Notes under the pieces: model-generated
Database searches by the model: none
Told to the model about the DNA's origin: nothing
What the model saw: the letters and a program-made list of their open reading frames with translations, nothing else
Part shown: positions 51,983 to 64,000 of the stretch, piece by piece
Layout of the letters: each line of letters starts with the position of its first letter
Numbering within the stretch: position 1 is the first letter of the stretch
Assembly (NCBI RefSeq): GCF_947568905.1
Contig: NC_079173.1
Coordinates: forward strand, 36,208,001 to 36,272,000
Direction: 5' to 3'
Source: Ostrea edulis
Taxonomy: Eukaryota
Length of the DNA stretch: 64,000 bases
Made by a program: the position numbers and the translations under genes

Positions 51983-52689
51983 GTCTATATAGCATATACT
52001 ACCGCACTATTCAGACTTAAAACGCAACATTGTCACCACGCTGTAATAAAATAAAGATTGTTGTCATGCGTCGTGACCTTCTAATCTGTCATATGTCCAT
52101 GTATGGCTGTCAAAAACGATGTTGCTAAAACACGAAAAGGAAAACGAAAATATTTTGTTTCCTCATGCTGCACAATTTCACCGCAGCTCTGTTTTTGCTG
52201 AGTTAGATTGACACCAATGTAGAGATGAAACATGTCAGAAGAGTATATAAACTCTGACAGGGGATCAGCGTAACCGCGAATCACACAATGCAAAATGCCG
52301 ATTCCCTAAAATTAAAAATGTACAATATATATGCTCAAGAAAATGGAAAATATTGTATGTTATAATGTTACGCATGATCGGAAACCCACGGTTGATTACA
52401 CGTCGTTCCTCTCTCCATCACCTGTGGGTTCATTCATTCTCTCGTTCTCTTTTGACTTTTTGGTTTATTTTACCTTAATTTTATTTGAGGAAAGGCATGT
52501 TCTGTTAAAATATTCATTAAAAAAATAGTATTTTCATAAAAGAAATCTTGGTATAAAGCTACGTAATACATCTCTATAAAAATGTGAAATAGAATAAATC
52601 GTTTACTGAAGATGTTTTTAATTTTTTTGAATTTTTTAAATCAAAGGTGGATAACTCTTACAAACAAAAGATGATTTACCGGGCATGTG

Positions 52690-52990
52690 AATGATTTAGG
52701 TACACTACCACAAGATTTACTGTATAATTTTTGTCGCTTTAGATGCAGTAGCCATAAATTGCCAATTGAATCTGGCAGATTTTTAAGTATTGATAGATCT
52801 GAACGATTATGTACTCTTTGCAACAAACTAGAACTAGGTGATGAATTCCATTATCTGTTCAGTTGTACTTATTTGAAAGGTGTAGATTCTTGCCAAAACG
52901 CTTAACTGATTGTCAAAATACTATTAGCTATAGTAAGTAAAGGCAAATATACTATGATAGGACTTGCCAAATTTATCAAGTTAGTACTGT
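52690..52990 (+). mobile_element. Non-LTR retrotransposon ORF2 C-terminal fragment
   Basis: FRCSSHKLPIESGRF...ERLCTLC...GDEFHYLFSC Cys/His motif. Confidence 0.72.
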
Positions 52991-53828
52991 CCATATTTGT
53001 ATGATATTACCTTCCTGTTGTGTTTCGTTCATTGTGTTCATCAGTGTTGTTGTTGATTTTACCTTTTTTGAATTATTGTGCTCCACGTGGATCATTCTGT
53101 GAAAAAAAAAAATTTAAATTTTTTTTTCAAAGTTTCAGAATCTGATCTTTCATCATTATTCAACAATAAACAGTCATCTTGATTAAAATCATTCAAAATT
53201 GTTCAATCTCTTTTCCTTATATATTGAATGCCTTAATTTTCTGACAATAAACACAGCTAGTTAGTTTAAAAAACAAGTGCGTCTAATCAATGCATTTTAA
53301 AGAAACAAATAGGTGTATAAAATGTCGCATGTTTATTATTCATCTGAAACTCAAATAAAAGACACTATCAATTTATAAAACAAATTTACATATTTTTAAT
53401 ATTACGTTAAAATTACATAAGGCATTGAAGAGGAAAACAACAAAATTCCGACAAGTGTTTTATTTCTTCAAATCATTGATGCACCGGTACTTCACAGTAG
53501 AATCCATTTCTTAATTTGTATTTATACGTTAGACAAACACTGATTAAACATAATCGTTAGTATCTAATGGATATACTATGGTTGGGTGGTAAGTATTGTG
53601 ATAGACCAAATGTTTTCAAATTCCGTAAAATAGTTACAATTTCAAATGTTACATCATTGAAAAATTTATTTTCGTTGACATAGAATATACTAGGATATGC
53701 CCAATCAACATAGTATATCTATTCTATGCCTTCTTCACTTATCTATCACTATATTCATTGCAATGATATTATTTATGTCCCGTGGGGATTCGGGTTAGAG
53801 TAGGTCCTCAGTACCCCTTGCTTGTCGT

Positions 53829-56800
53829 TGTGTTATCTTTAATGGGTTCCTATAAGGCTAATATAAGCCTTAATAAACTAAAACAATGGCGGTTGTTCCA
53901 TGCTTGTTTTATTGTGTACCTCAACATGAATTGATGACATCATACACAGGAATGCAATGCACAAGGGGTCGTCTCAAAACATATAAATGTTACATCTTCC
54001 CTCTTATAAAAATAAATGAGCTACCATAGCTTCCCAAGATAGTGAAATTTGTGTAAAGTTGCACCAACAATACTTATGTAAAGACATACATGATGTTGTA
54101 AGTTATGCTGTGTATGTTATTATGATTTGACGCATGACATATCTTTAAGTGAACACTAAAATTAACAAACTAAAAATAAAACTGTAACTACTTGTTCTAT
54201 GTAACTAATACCACATGTAGCATTTCTAACACAGTACAAATTATCCCCTGGATATGTACATCAAATGCAATAGAATTGTTCATGTCCTTCCTATCAAACC
54301 TCATTTTATGGTACTGATCTTAACCACAAAAGCAAAATTACATTTCTTCAATTAATCTCAGTGGTTTCTTAACTGACCTACCAGACCTTGTGGTCCCTGA
54401 CATATTTTGTGCAGGTACATAACTGGTGCTAACAGACATATCATGGCTAAGTGATTGAGTATTTTCATCATCACATGGATTTTGACTAGACTGACATACA
54501 TTATCATTGTTTTGACAATCATATTGCTCAAATGGTGTAAACTGTTCATTTGAATGCAAAATATGCCTGCGATTTCTGCGGTACATATGTCCATTTTCGG
54601 TCTGAACCAAGTATGACCTCGGAGCAACTCGGTCTATCACCTTGCCACGGTTAATCCAGTTACTGTCACTATGATCCCGAAGTCGGACGGTTTGCCCTGG
54701 ACTCAACGGCAGTAGTTCTTTCGTGTTTTTGTCATGATACTGTTTTTATTTCAGTTTCTGTTGCATTTTTGTTCTTTCATAAGATTCTGCTTCACGGTTC
54801 TCACGACAACTATCAGCCATTGGTAAGTTTGAACGTAGTTTGCGGCCATTGTTCAGCATTTCCGCTGGTGATTTTCCATCGAGTATTGGAGTTGCACGGT
54901 AGATGAGTAAACTCATGTGGAAATCGGATCCATCATTAGCAGCTTTTTTCAATAAACCTTTTACGAAGCCTACGGTTTTCTCCACTAACCCATTCGATTT
55001 TGGGTACAATGGACTTGATGTATGATGTTGAAAATCATACGACTTTGCAAATTCACTGAATTCAGCTGATTTGAATTGTGGTCCGTTAGCACTGAACACT
55101 ATTTTAGGTATGCCTTGGCCTGAAAACTCATATTTCATTGCCTTAATGACTGACTGACTTGAGACACTGTGCAAACGACACACTTCTGGATAATTGGAAT
55201 AATAATCACACAACACAAGATAATTTTCTCCTTTGAATACACACAAATCTGCTCCCACTTTTTCCCACGGATAGTTGCATACATCATGTGGTCTTAGCGG
55301 TTCAGGCGGTTGTTTTGGACGGAATTTGATACATGTTGAACATGAATTCACCATTTCCTCGATTTGTGCATTCATTCCCGGCCAATACATCACTTGTTTG
55401 GCTCGATTTCGACATTTCTCAATCCCAAGGTGACCTGTGTGGATTTTGCTAAGCATCTCCTTTCGTAATGACATAGGGATGACAATACGGTCTGTTTTCA
55501 TGATGATCCGATCACATAGACTCAACTCGGTCCGTACATTCCAGTACTCCAAGATTTCCTTAGGACATTCAGTGCGCGTTTCTGGAAACCCTTTTGCGAT
55601 TACTTCTGCTAGTAGCTGTAATTTCGGATCCTGTTGCGTTTCCTCACAAATCATCTGTAATTTACGATCCGATATCGGTAGGCTCCTAATGACAGAGTCT
55701 ACATACACTTTTATATCCTCCTCCTGTGCTGATTTGGTCAGTTTCGTGGACATATCCAAACCTCTAGATAGCGCATCAGCTGTATGCATACATTTTCCTG
55801 GCATGTAGCCAATATGCAGATCGTATTTCTGTACCCTCAACAGAAGTCTTTGTAATCGTATTGGACAGTCATTCAGAGACTTCTTAAAGATGCTCACAAG
55901 AGGTTTGTGATCAGTTTCCACTTCTACAGTCTGTCCAAATATGTATTGGTGGAAATGTCCACATGCAAATGATATGGCCAGTATTTCTTTCTCGATCTGA
56001 GCATATCTCGTTTCTGCATCAGACATAACTCGCGACGCATATGCCACCGGCATCCATTCGTTGTCATGCCTCTGGAAGAGCACCGCTCCAAGTCCAGAAC
56101 TAGAGGCATCTGAAGAGATTTTAATGTCTTTGCTCGGGTCAAAGAATTTAAGTACCGACGTACTTGTTAATATGGCCTTCAGCTCATCAAATGATTTCTG
56201 TTCAACAATAGTCCACTGAAATTGGTTCTTTTCCTCTGTGAGATTTCGTAAAACTTGTGTTTTCGACGACAAGTCTGGAACATATCTGGCTTGGTAATTC
56301 AACATGCCTAGAAAGCGTTGTACGTCTTTCTTACTTTTTGGAGTCTCAAAGTTCGTTATGGCCTTGACCTTGGCCTCGTCCGGCTTAATTCCTTCTGCAG
56401 ATATTGTGTCACCGACGAATGTAAGTTCCTTCACTCCAAATACACATTTTTCGTGATTCAGTTTGAGATTTGCATTGCGCGAAGCATCGAAGACCTGCTG
56501 TAGTCGTTCGTTGTGTTCTTGTAACGTTGTGCCCCAAACAATGATATCATCCATGATTGTCGTACATCCTGGTATGTGCTCATATATCATGTGAATGGTC
56601 CTGTGATATATCTCTGGAGCTGATGAGATACCGAATGGTAGACGTAAAAATCGATATCTTCCGAATGGTGTACTGAAACAGGTAAGTTTTGAGGAATTCT
56701 GATCTAGTTTCATTTGCCAGAATCCAGTGCGAGCATCAAGTTTACTGAAATAATGCGCATTCTTGAACTTCGCATGAATCTTATCTCGCGTTGGCAGTTT

Positions 56801-58475
56801 GTAATGTTCTCTCTGAATTGCTTTGTTCAGCTGAATAGGGTCCAGACACACACGGATCTTTCCGTCTTTTTTTGGAACGATTACAATGGGGCTCACCCAG
56901 TCTGTATGTTCGGTTTCTTTACATACGACACCCATCTCCTCCATGCGTTTAAGTTCGTCTTGTAGTTTTTCGTGCAACGCAAAGGGTATTTTGCGACATG
57001 GACTCACTACTGGTGAAATGACTGAATTTACGGATAATTTATGTTCACCCGGTAAACATCCTAGTCCTTCGAACAAGTCTTTATTTTGATCCACCATCTG
57101 TGCAGTAGTGTCTGTAACCTTTGTGCAGTTTTCTATGGTGTATGTGCGTTTGACTAGTCCTAACTTGTCACAAGCTTTTACGCCTAAGATTGCTGTCGAC
57201 GCGTCCTGAACTATCACAAAGTAGACCTTTGCAGCTTTGTCATGATGTAACACATCCAGTATGCATGCTCCTAAGACCAGAATACTATGCTTGCTGTACG
57301 ACATGAGCTGTATATTCGTCTTGTGGAGTTTTGGCTTCCATCGTAGGCTGCGATACTGTTTCTCCAGCAAGATGTTGACTTGACTACCTGTATCCAATTT
57401 GTAGTTAATTTCCTTGCCATTGGTGCGTAGTGTCACACGTCACTCCTCTGGTTTATCAGGTTGAACCGTCTCCAGAGCGTCGATAAAGAAAGCTAGTTCA
57501 TCCTGAATGTCGTGAATATGTTTCTTTTTCTGTGTTTTCTTTTTACTGCTGCTTTGTTTGCCTTTTGATCTGCAAACTTTTGCATAGTGATTTGCACCAT
57601 TGCACTTATTGCATATTTGACCCATGGCTGGACAAGTCTTATGAGAGTCATCATATCCACACCGTCCACACAACTGTACGCGACCTTTACTTTGTTTAGC
57701 TCCATGTAGTTTCCTGTCTTTGGGTCATGTACCGACCGCATGTACCTCTGATGGAGGGACAATAATTTTAATTTGTTCCTTTGTAGACTCAGCTGCTCTA
57801 CAGGTTGCAAGTGCTTTGTCTAACGTGAGGTCGACAGTACGTAGCAAGCGCTCTTTAAGTGCGTTATCTGGTACTCCACAAATAATCCTGTCACGAATGA
57901 GCGAATCTACTAAATCACCAAATTCACAGTTTTTTGCCATAGTTCTTAACTGCGTTACGTATTGATCGATGGTTTCATCTGATCTCTGTACCCTCGTGAA
58001 GAATTTGTGTCTTTCGTAAGTTGTATTTCGTTTTGGAGTACAATATGCTTCAAATTTCTCGAGAATTTTTTCTAATTTGAACTCCTCATCCGGTCCAAAC
58101 ACAAAAGTGTTATAGACTTGCACTGCCTTCTCTCCTACTACGTGTAAGAAAATGCATGCTTTTTCCTTATCATCCTTTTCGGACGCACCTGTAGCATTCA
58201 TATAAATATCAAACCTTTGTTTGAACTTCTTCCAATTTTCGGCCACGTTGCCCGTGAGCACAAGCACACCTGGTGGTTTCAGTTTATCCATGGTCCACTT
58301 CTGACACCATGTGTTATCTTTAATGGGTCCCTATAAGGCTTTTATAAGCCTTAATAAACTAAAACAATGGCGGTTGTTCCATGCTTGTTTTATTGTGTAC
58401 CTCAACATGAATTGATGACATCATACACAGGAATGCAATGCACAAGGGGTCGTCTCAAAACATATAAATGTTACA
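53829..58475 (-). mobile_element. Complete Ty3/Gypsy LTR retrotransposon (inactivated)
   Basis: 166-bp TG..CA LTRs (53829-53994, 58310-58475; 3 mismatches); 5-bp TSD GTCGT; PBS TGGTGTCAGAAGTGG (tRNA-Leu-like) at 58295-58309; PPT AAGAGGGAAGA at 53995-54005. Confidence 0.97.
54338..58291 (-). pseudogene. Single-frame gag-pol (gag, CCHC, protease, RT, RNase H, integrase) with three in-frame stops
   Basis: Four ORF pieces share one frame; stops TGA 57725, TGA 57440, TAA 54746; LDTGS, IMDD, SDAS, HLGIEKC...C..C; integrase SDNG changed to SANG. Confidence 0.92.
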
Positions 58476-58611
58476 GTCGTAAGAGGCGGTCCTTCGGATG
58501 AGACCACAAAAACCTAGGCCCCGTGTCACAGCAGGTGTGGCACGAAAAAGATCCCTCCCTGCTCAAAGGCCGTAAGCGCCAAGCATAGGCCTAAATTTTG
58601 CAGCCCTTCAT

Positions 58612-58643
<32 letters not shown>

Positions 58644-59078
58644 TCCTCGAGAGGGACGTTAAAGTAGTTCCACCCTGTGATGTTATAAAATTGGGCAAAT
58701 CAGTTATTTATATAAATCTATGCATGATATTGCCATAAATTTTGTTGGAGTCTTTTCCAATGGTTATTGTAAAAAAAAGAATCTTGTTAAACATAAAATA
58801 TTTCAAAAGGCTAAGTTATATAAAAATAATAATATGTTTCAAAATGTTGAATCCAAGGGCAATAACTCTGTTTTAATTGAATCCTTTTCCAAGTTCATTA
58901 TATAATAGATTTTTTGCAGAAATTTTGAATAGTTTTGTAAAGAAACATTTTTATGAAATTATAATAAATACTATTATATCGTTTTAACTAGTTTTTGTGA
59001 AAGTTTTATAATGCTGTCGAAGGAAACTTGCTCTTTTCTGAGGTTGCTATGTGATTTAGTATATGTATGTCTCGCATC

Positions 59079-62000
59079 GACTTGTTCATAGTTTCCGTAA
59101 TCAACTTCTTTTTATGAGGTCGGGTGATTAGCCCTACGCTCAACCTCGTTGAGGTGGTTTTTCTGTTGGGGTTTTCCTTCCCTTAGATGACGGTCTTTTT
59201 AAGACTATTGGATGCCATCCCCCAGGTTTTACAATAAGAAGTCGTGGGGTAAGCATAGCTATCGAGCATACTCCAAAGGATGATTTCATAGCGGACAGAG
59301 ATGCAAGCATGATGTCTACGGGCCAAAGCCGAAAGGAAGTTCGCGGACAGAGGGATATGCTAGCAAGCCCCAAAAACATCGTCAGGTTGGGATCATGGAA
59401 CGTAAGAACTATGTACTCCACTGGAAAAACCGCACAAGTAATAGCAGAAATGAAGATATACCACCTAGATATACTTGGAATAAGCGAATGCAGATGGACA
59501 GATTCTGGAAAAATCAGAACCCAGACAGGTGAAACGATACTGTATTCTGGAAGAAAAGATAACCATCACAGTAATGGAGTTGCTATTGCTATATCAAAGG
59601 AGAAAGCCAAAACATTATACGAATGGGCACCCATTAACGACCGCATCATAACTGCCAGGTTCTGGTCAAACTATATAAAAACAACATTAATACAAGTGTA
59701 TGCACCTACCAATGATGCAGACGAGGAATCAAAAGATAATTTTTACGAACAACTACAGGGAGTCATAGACAACACTCCACGCCATGATATTATAATTCTA
59801 ACTAGCGATATTAATGCAAAAGTAGGTAACAAACAGGAAGGAGAGGATGGAATTGTTGGAAAGTATGGTTTACACTCGGAAAGGAACGATAATGGAGAAA
59901 GATTTGCATCATTTTGTGCCATCAACAACTTGGTAATATCTTCAACAATGTTTAAACATAAAGACATACACAAGCAGACATGGACTTCACCAAATGGTCA
60001 ACACAAGAACCAGATAGACCATGTAGCAGTCAATGGGCGCTTTAAAAGATCTGTGTTGGATGTCAGAGCACAACGAGGTGCAGATGTCGGATCTGACCAC
60101 AATTTAGTCATCACAAAAGTAATGCTTAAACTGCACAAAATAGGAAAGAAACCAACATCTTCAACAAGATTCGAGACATGCAAACTTAAGGTACCAGAAG
60201 TTCGGAAACAATTCCAAATAGAACTGAGGAATAGATTTAATGCACTCAGTGAAGACAACACCATAGGTCCCAATCCTGATGATATAGAGGAAAGAAGGAA
60301 CAACATTAAAACTGCATATAATGAAACTGACATAAACGTACTTGGGTATAGAAAAAGGAAAAACCAGGAATGGATACGCCAGGGCAGTTGGAAAAAGGTA
60401 GAAGAGAGGCGAGTTCTAAAGGGCAAAGTAGAAAGTGCAAGATCAGAGAGATTAAGAGCTAGACTAAAAGAAAAGTATGGGGACAAAGACAAAGAGGTGA
60501 AAAGAAGTTTTAGAAAAGACAAACAACAATGGGTAGACGACATGTCGAATGAGGCACAAGAGGCAGCAAACATCGGAAACATGAAAACTGTATATGATGT
60601 AACCAAATTATTGTGCAATGAACGTCCAAAAACTGTTGAGGCAGTAAAAAACAAGGAAGGAAATCTCTTGACTAAAGAGGAAGATATAAGAAAAAGATGG
60701 ATGGAACACTTCAGCGAAGTGTTAAATAGACCAGACCCTATTGATCCTGCTGAAATACTAACAGGGGAGTCCATCGAATTAGACATAGAAACAGGTCCAC
60801 CAACAGAAGATGAGATAAGGAGAGCATTGAAAGAAATGAAATTAGGCAAAGCTCCATGTGTAGATAACATCACTGTAGAAATATTGAAATCAGACATAGA
60901 AACAACTGTCAAGGAACTACACAAACTATACAACATTGTCTGGACAACTGGAAAAGCTCCCAAAGATTGGAGAAGGGGATTTATAATAAAGTTAGCAAAG
61001 AAAGGTGACCTGACAAACTGTGGAAATTGGAGAGGAATCACACTAATAGCAACAAATGCCAAAATAATGGGGAAAATAATAATAAAAAGAATTGTACTTG
61101 GTGTAGACAGACATTTGAGAATGGAACAAGCTGGATTCAGGACAGGAAGAGGCACCACGGAACAGATATTTGTCCTACGTAATATTCTAGAACAAGCTAT
61201 AGAATGGAACTCCAACCTCTATCTATGCTTCGTCGAGTTTGAAAAAGCCTTCGACAGCGTACACAGGGAAACCCTTTGGAAGATCATGAAATCTTATGGA
61301 ATACCAGACGAAATAATCAGTATGGTTAAATTAATGTATGAAGACAGTGAATGCGCAGTTGTTGATGGAAATGGTACAACAGAATGGTTTAATGTTAAAT
61401 CTGGTGTCAAACAAGGATGCAACATGTCGGGTTTCTTGTTCCTCCTGGTAGTTGACTGGATAATGAAAAAGACAACAGCAGATAACAACTCAGGCATAAG
61501 ATGGAATATGACAACAAAATTAGACGATCTAGATTTTGCAGACGACATCGCTTTATTATCCAGCAGCAAAGATCAAATACAACAAAAACTGAACTCTCTA
61601 AACAGATATGCAGCTAGAACAGGTTTAAAAATCAATACAGGAAAAACCAAAGTTATGCGTCTAAATGCTGCAAACATCACACCAATAACATCAATGGAAA
61701 CAACACAAACGATGTGGATGAGTTCATTTACCTCGGAGCAACAGTAAGCAAGACAGGAGGTACTAATGAAGATATAAGAAGAAGAATTGGCCATGCAAGA
61801 GTAGCATTCCATAAGCTACGCAAGATCTGGAGCAATAACCAACTCAACAGAAAAACAAAAATGAAGCTCTTCAGCTCAAATGTAATAGCTGTGTTATTGT
61901 ATGGCAGCGGGACCTGGAAAATGACAAAAGGGGACGAAAAACTTGTAGATACCTTCCAGCACAAATGTCTTAGGAAAATCTTGAAGATCTACTGGCCAAT

Positions 62001-62324
62001 GAAAATATCAAATGTAGCAGTTAGAGAGATAGCAGGAGTAGCAAAGATCAGCACTATGATAAAAACACGCAGATGGCAGTGGATTGGACATGTGCTACGG
62101 ATGGATAAAAGAACACACCCATATGTAGCCCTTAGTTGGACACCAGAAGGAAAAAGAAAGAGAGGAAGACCGAAGGAAACGTGGAGAAGAACAATAGAAA
62201 GAGAGAGGAAAGAATTGGGTCATGGAAAGAGGCAGCAAGATCAGCCCAGGATAGAAGTAAATGGAGAGGACTTGTTCATGGCCCTATTCTCCACGAGGAG
62301 AGAAGGAATTAAGTCAAGTAAGTC
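59079..62324 (+). mobile_element. Full-length RTE-clade LINE (APE plus RT), frameshifted
   Basis: TSD atgtctcgcatc (59067-59078, 62325-62336); GSWNVRT, YAPT and GSDH endonuclease motifs; QAGFR, KAFDSV, VKQGC, FADD; frameshifts near 61688 and 62221; aagtcaagtaagtc tail. Confidence 0.93.
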
Positions 62325-62625
62325 ATGTCTCGCATCTTAAAAAGTGTGATGACCTATATATTTTATCTGATAATTCATTAGTTTTAACTCTGATAAATTG
62401 AAATGAATACAAATTTTAAACTTTTATCAGGATGTATGGAGTCACTTTCAACAATCAATCATATTTATGTACATTTATACACTTTTTTCTGTGAAATTTC
62501 ATTTTGTTACTTGTATGTCACTGTTTGTGGTCTGAGCAAAAACTGAACTCATACTTTATACATCCTTATAAAGAATGACCCAATTAACTCCTTGAATCTG
62601 CGCGAGATGCTAGACTAGACGTTAA

Positions 62626-62925
62626 GGAGGTATGCTACACCAGAGAAATTTGATATAGATGAAAAGTGGAGGAGTGTGCAACAATATTTTGAAATTGAAA
62701 ACTTTCTAATTTACTTAAAAATTACATTTTTAGTAGAAAGCAATCTGGAATGTTTATTTTAAACCCTGCTGGACTCGAACCCGCGATCTGCAGTTCAGCA
62801 GTTGAAGTGCCAACCTACTCATCTAGGCAATGATATTCAAAATGAATTGACAAATATTGCCAATATTTATATTTCTTTCATGTTTTAAAAGGAAGTCCGC
62901 CATTATGACGATGTAGAGTACTTCC
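62626..62925. mobile_element. Non-autonomous TTAA-target DNA transposon (Kolobok-like), 300 bp
   Basis: TTAA-ggaggtatgctaca ... tgtagagtacttcc-TTAA. Confidence 0.7.
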
Positions 62926-62971
62926 TTAAATTCCCTCAGCAGTAACAACAAAAGAAGAGCTATAGGTCTAT

Positions 62972-63226
62972 CATAACCTGAAGCACGATCCACATCTTTC
63001 TACTGATCTATAATAGTCTAGTTAAATGTTGGAATAAGCCTGAAGCACGATCCACATCTTTCTACTGATCTATAATAGTCTAGTTAAATGTTGGAATAAG
63101 CCTGAAGCACGATCCACATATTTCTACTGATCTATAATAGCCTAGTTAAATGTTGGAATAAGCCTGAAGCACGATCCACATATTTCTACTGATCTATAAT
63201 AGCCTAGTTAAATGTTGGAATAAGCA
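62972..63226. repeat. 62-bp tandem repeat, about 4 copies
   Basis: cctgaagcacg at 62977, 63039, 63101 and 63163. Confidence 0.95.
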
Positions 63227-63273
63227 TCTACCGAAGTAGTTTGGTCGGTGGAGTGAGGAGGTAGTTGTAACTC

Positions 63274-63323
<50 letters not shown>

Positions 63324-64000
63324 TCTCCATTTTTTGAGACACATACATGTATAGCATTGTTCCGTACTATGTTTTTGATCGCAATGATTCGGAGACGAGA
63401 GCGGTCCTGGGTTCGAGCTTTACTGATACACAAACATGTATCTTAGTCGCATCAAACAATAAGTAGTTTGGGGTTTTCTTTCAATGAAATGTATAGTGAA
63501 AAACTGAAATGAGGACTCACTTATGGCCAGGTACTGTAGTATACCCCTACCACCTCGGTGGCCTCGCCTTTTTCGTTGATTCACAAACTGCCATGGCGTC
63601 ACGGTGACCTAATTCGTAGCCGCGTGGGTATATTTCTGGTTCGTATTAGCGCTTGTTATCGGGGATGATGCAGGATCACGTCCTCCGTCTCCAAATGTTG
63701 TTTGAAATATGAAAGCCTCGGTTAACGTCTCGGGTTTTATATTCCTCGACCTCGGAGGTTATCCAAAATGAAAACGTGACCTTTATTTCTTAAATATTCT
63801 TACTAACCGACGGTTGATATCTCATGAACCTTCAACTTTTGAAATATGCTATTCACTGTGTAAGTGTATACTTGACCCAATTTACGAGCAAGCTACCCGC
63901 GTAAATATCATTAAAAAGTATTTGAAACGACTAAAATGTAGATCTATATAAGATATGTCTTTATGTACCCCAGGCTCCTCGTTATACCGGTGGAAGAGCT

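Larger units (their letters stand above)
53778..58663 (+). mobile_element. SINE interrupted by the Gypsy element (pieces 53778-53828 and 58476-58663)
   Basis: The consensus cttgtcgtaagaggcg is split exactly at gtcgt. Confidence 0.8.

Noticed and set aside
57436-57727. Programmed frameshift or readthrough between gag and pol
   Set aside because: All pieces are in one frame, and the stops fall at expected Arg and Trp codons, so mutation is the better explanation.
59998-61215. 405-aa antisense ORF
   Set aside because: Shadow of the RTE reading frame; no recognisable domain.

Overview
AT-rich, repeat-dense eukaryotic genomic DNA. The repeat families and gene types suggest a bivalve, probably an oyster (inference). 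Host genes: an intronless B-box/coiled-coil/NHL TRIM-like gene (1460-3016 +); a minus-strand multi-exon gene ending in a death domain, apparently damaged (about 14982-21400); an intronless class A GPCR (32223-33164 -); and a 4-exon secreted FAD-dependent oxidoreductase (45781-51982 -) resembling polyunsaturated fatty acid isomerases. Mobile DNA: a complete but inactivated Gypsy LTR element nested in a SINE (53829-58475), a full-length RTE LINE with 12-bp TSD (59079-62324), Penelope-like element (PLE) fragments, Helentron-type non-autonomous elements, SINEs, MITEs and several satellites. The most striking signal is a cluster of type I hammerhead ribozymes. Two copies of a 350-nt non-coding retrozyme-like unit lie at 491-841 and 8629-9046. 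A spacer-less 1110-bp palindrome (11494-12603) is built from a PLE GIY-YIG 3' end with a hammerhead in each arm. A decayed hammerhead lies at 51498-51536. Fold-back junctions at retroelement 5' ends recur across the window. All calls were made by eye; some repeat boundaries are approximate.
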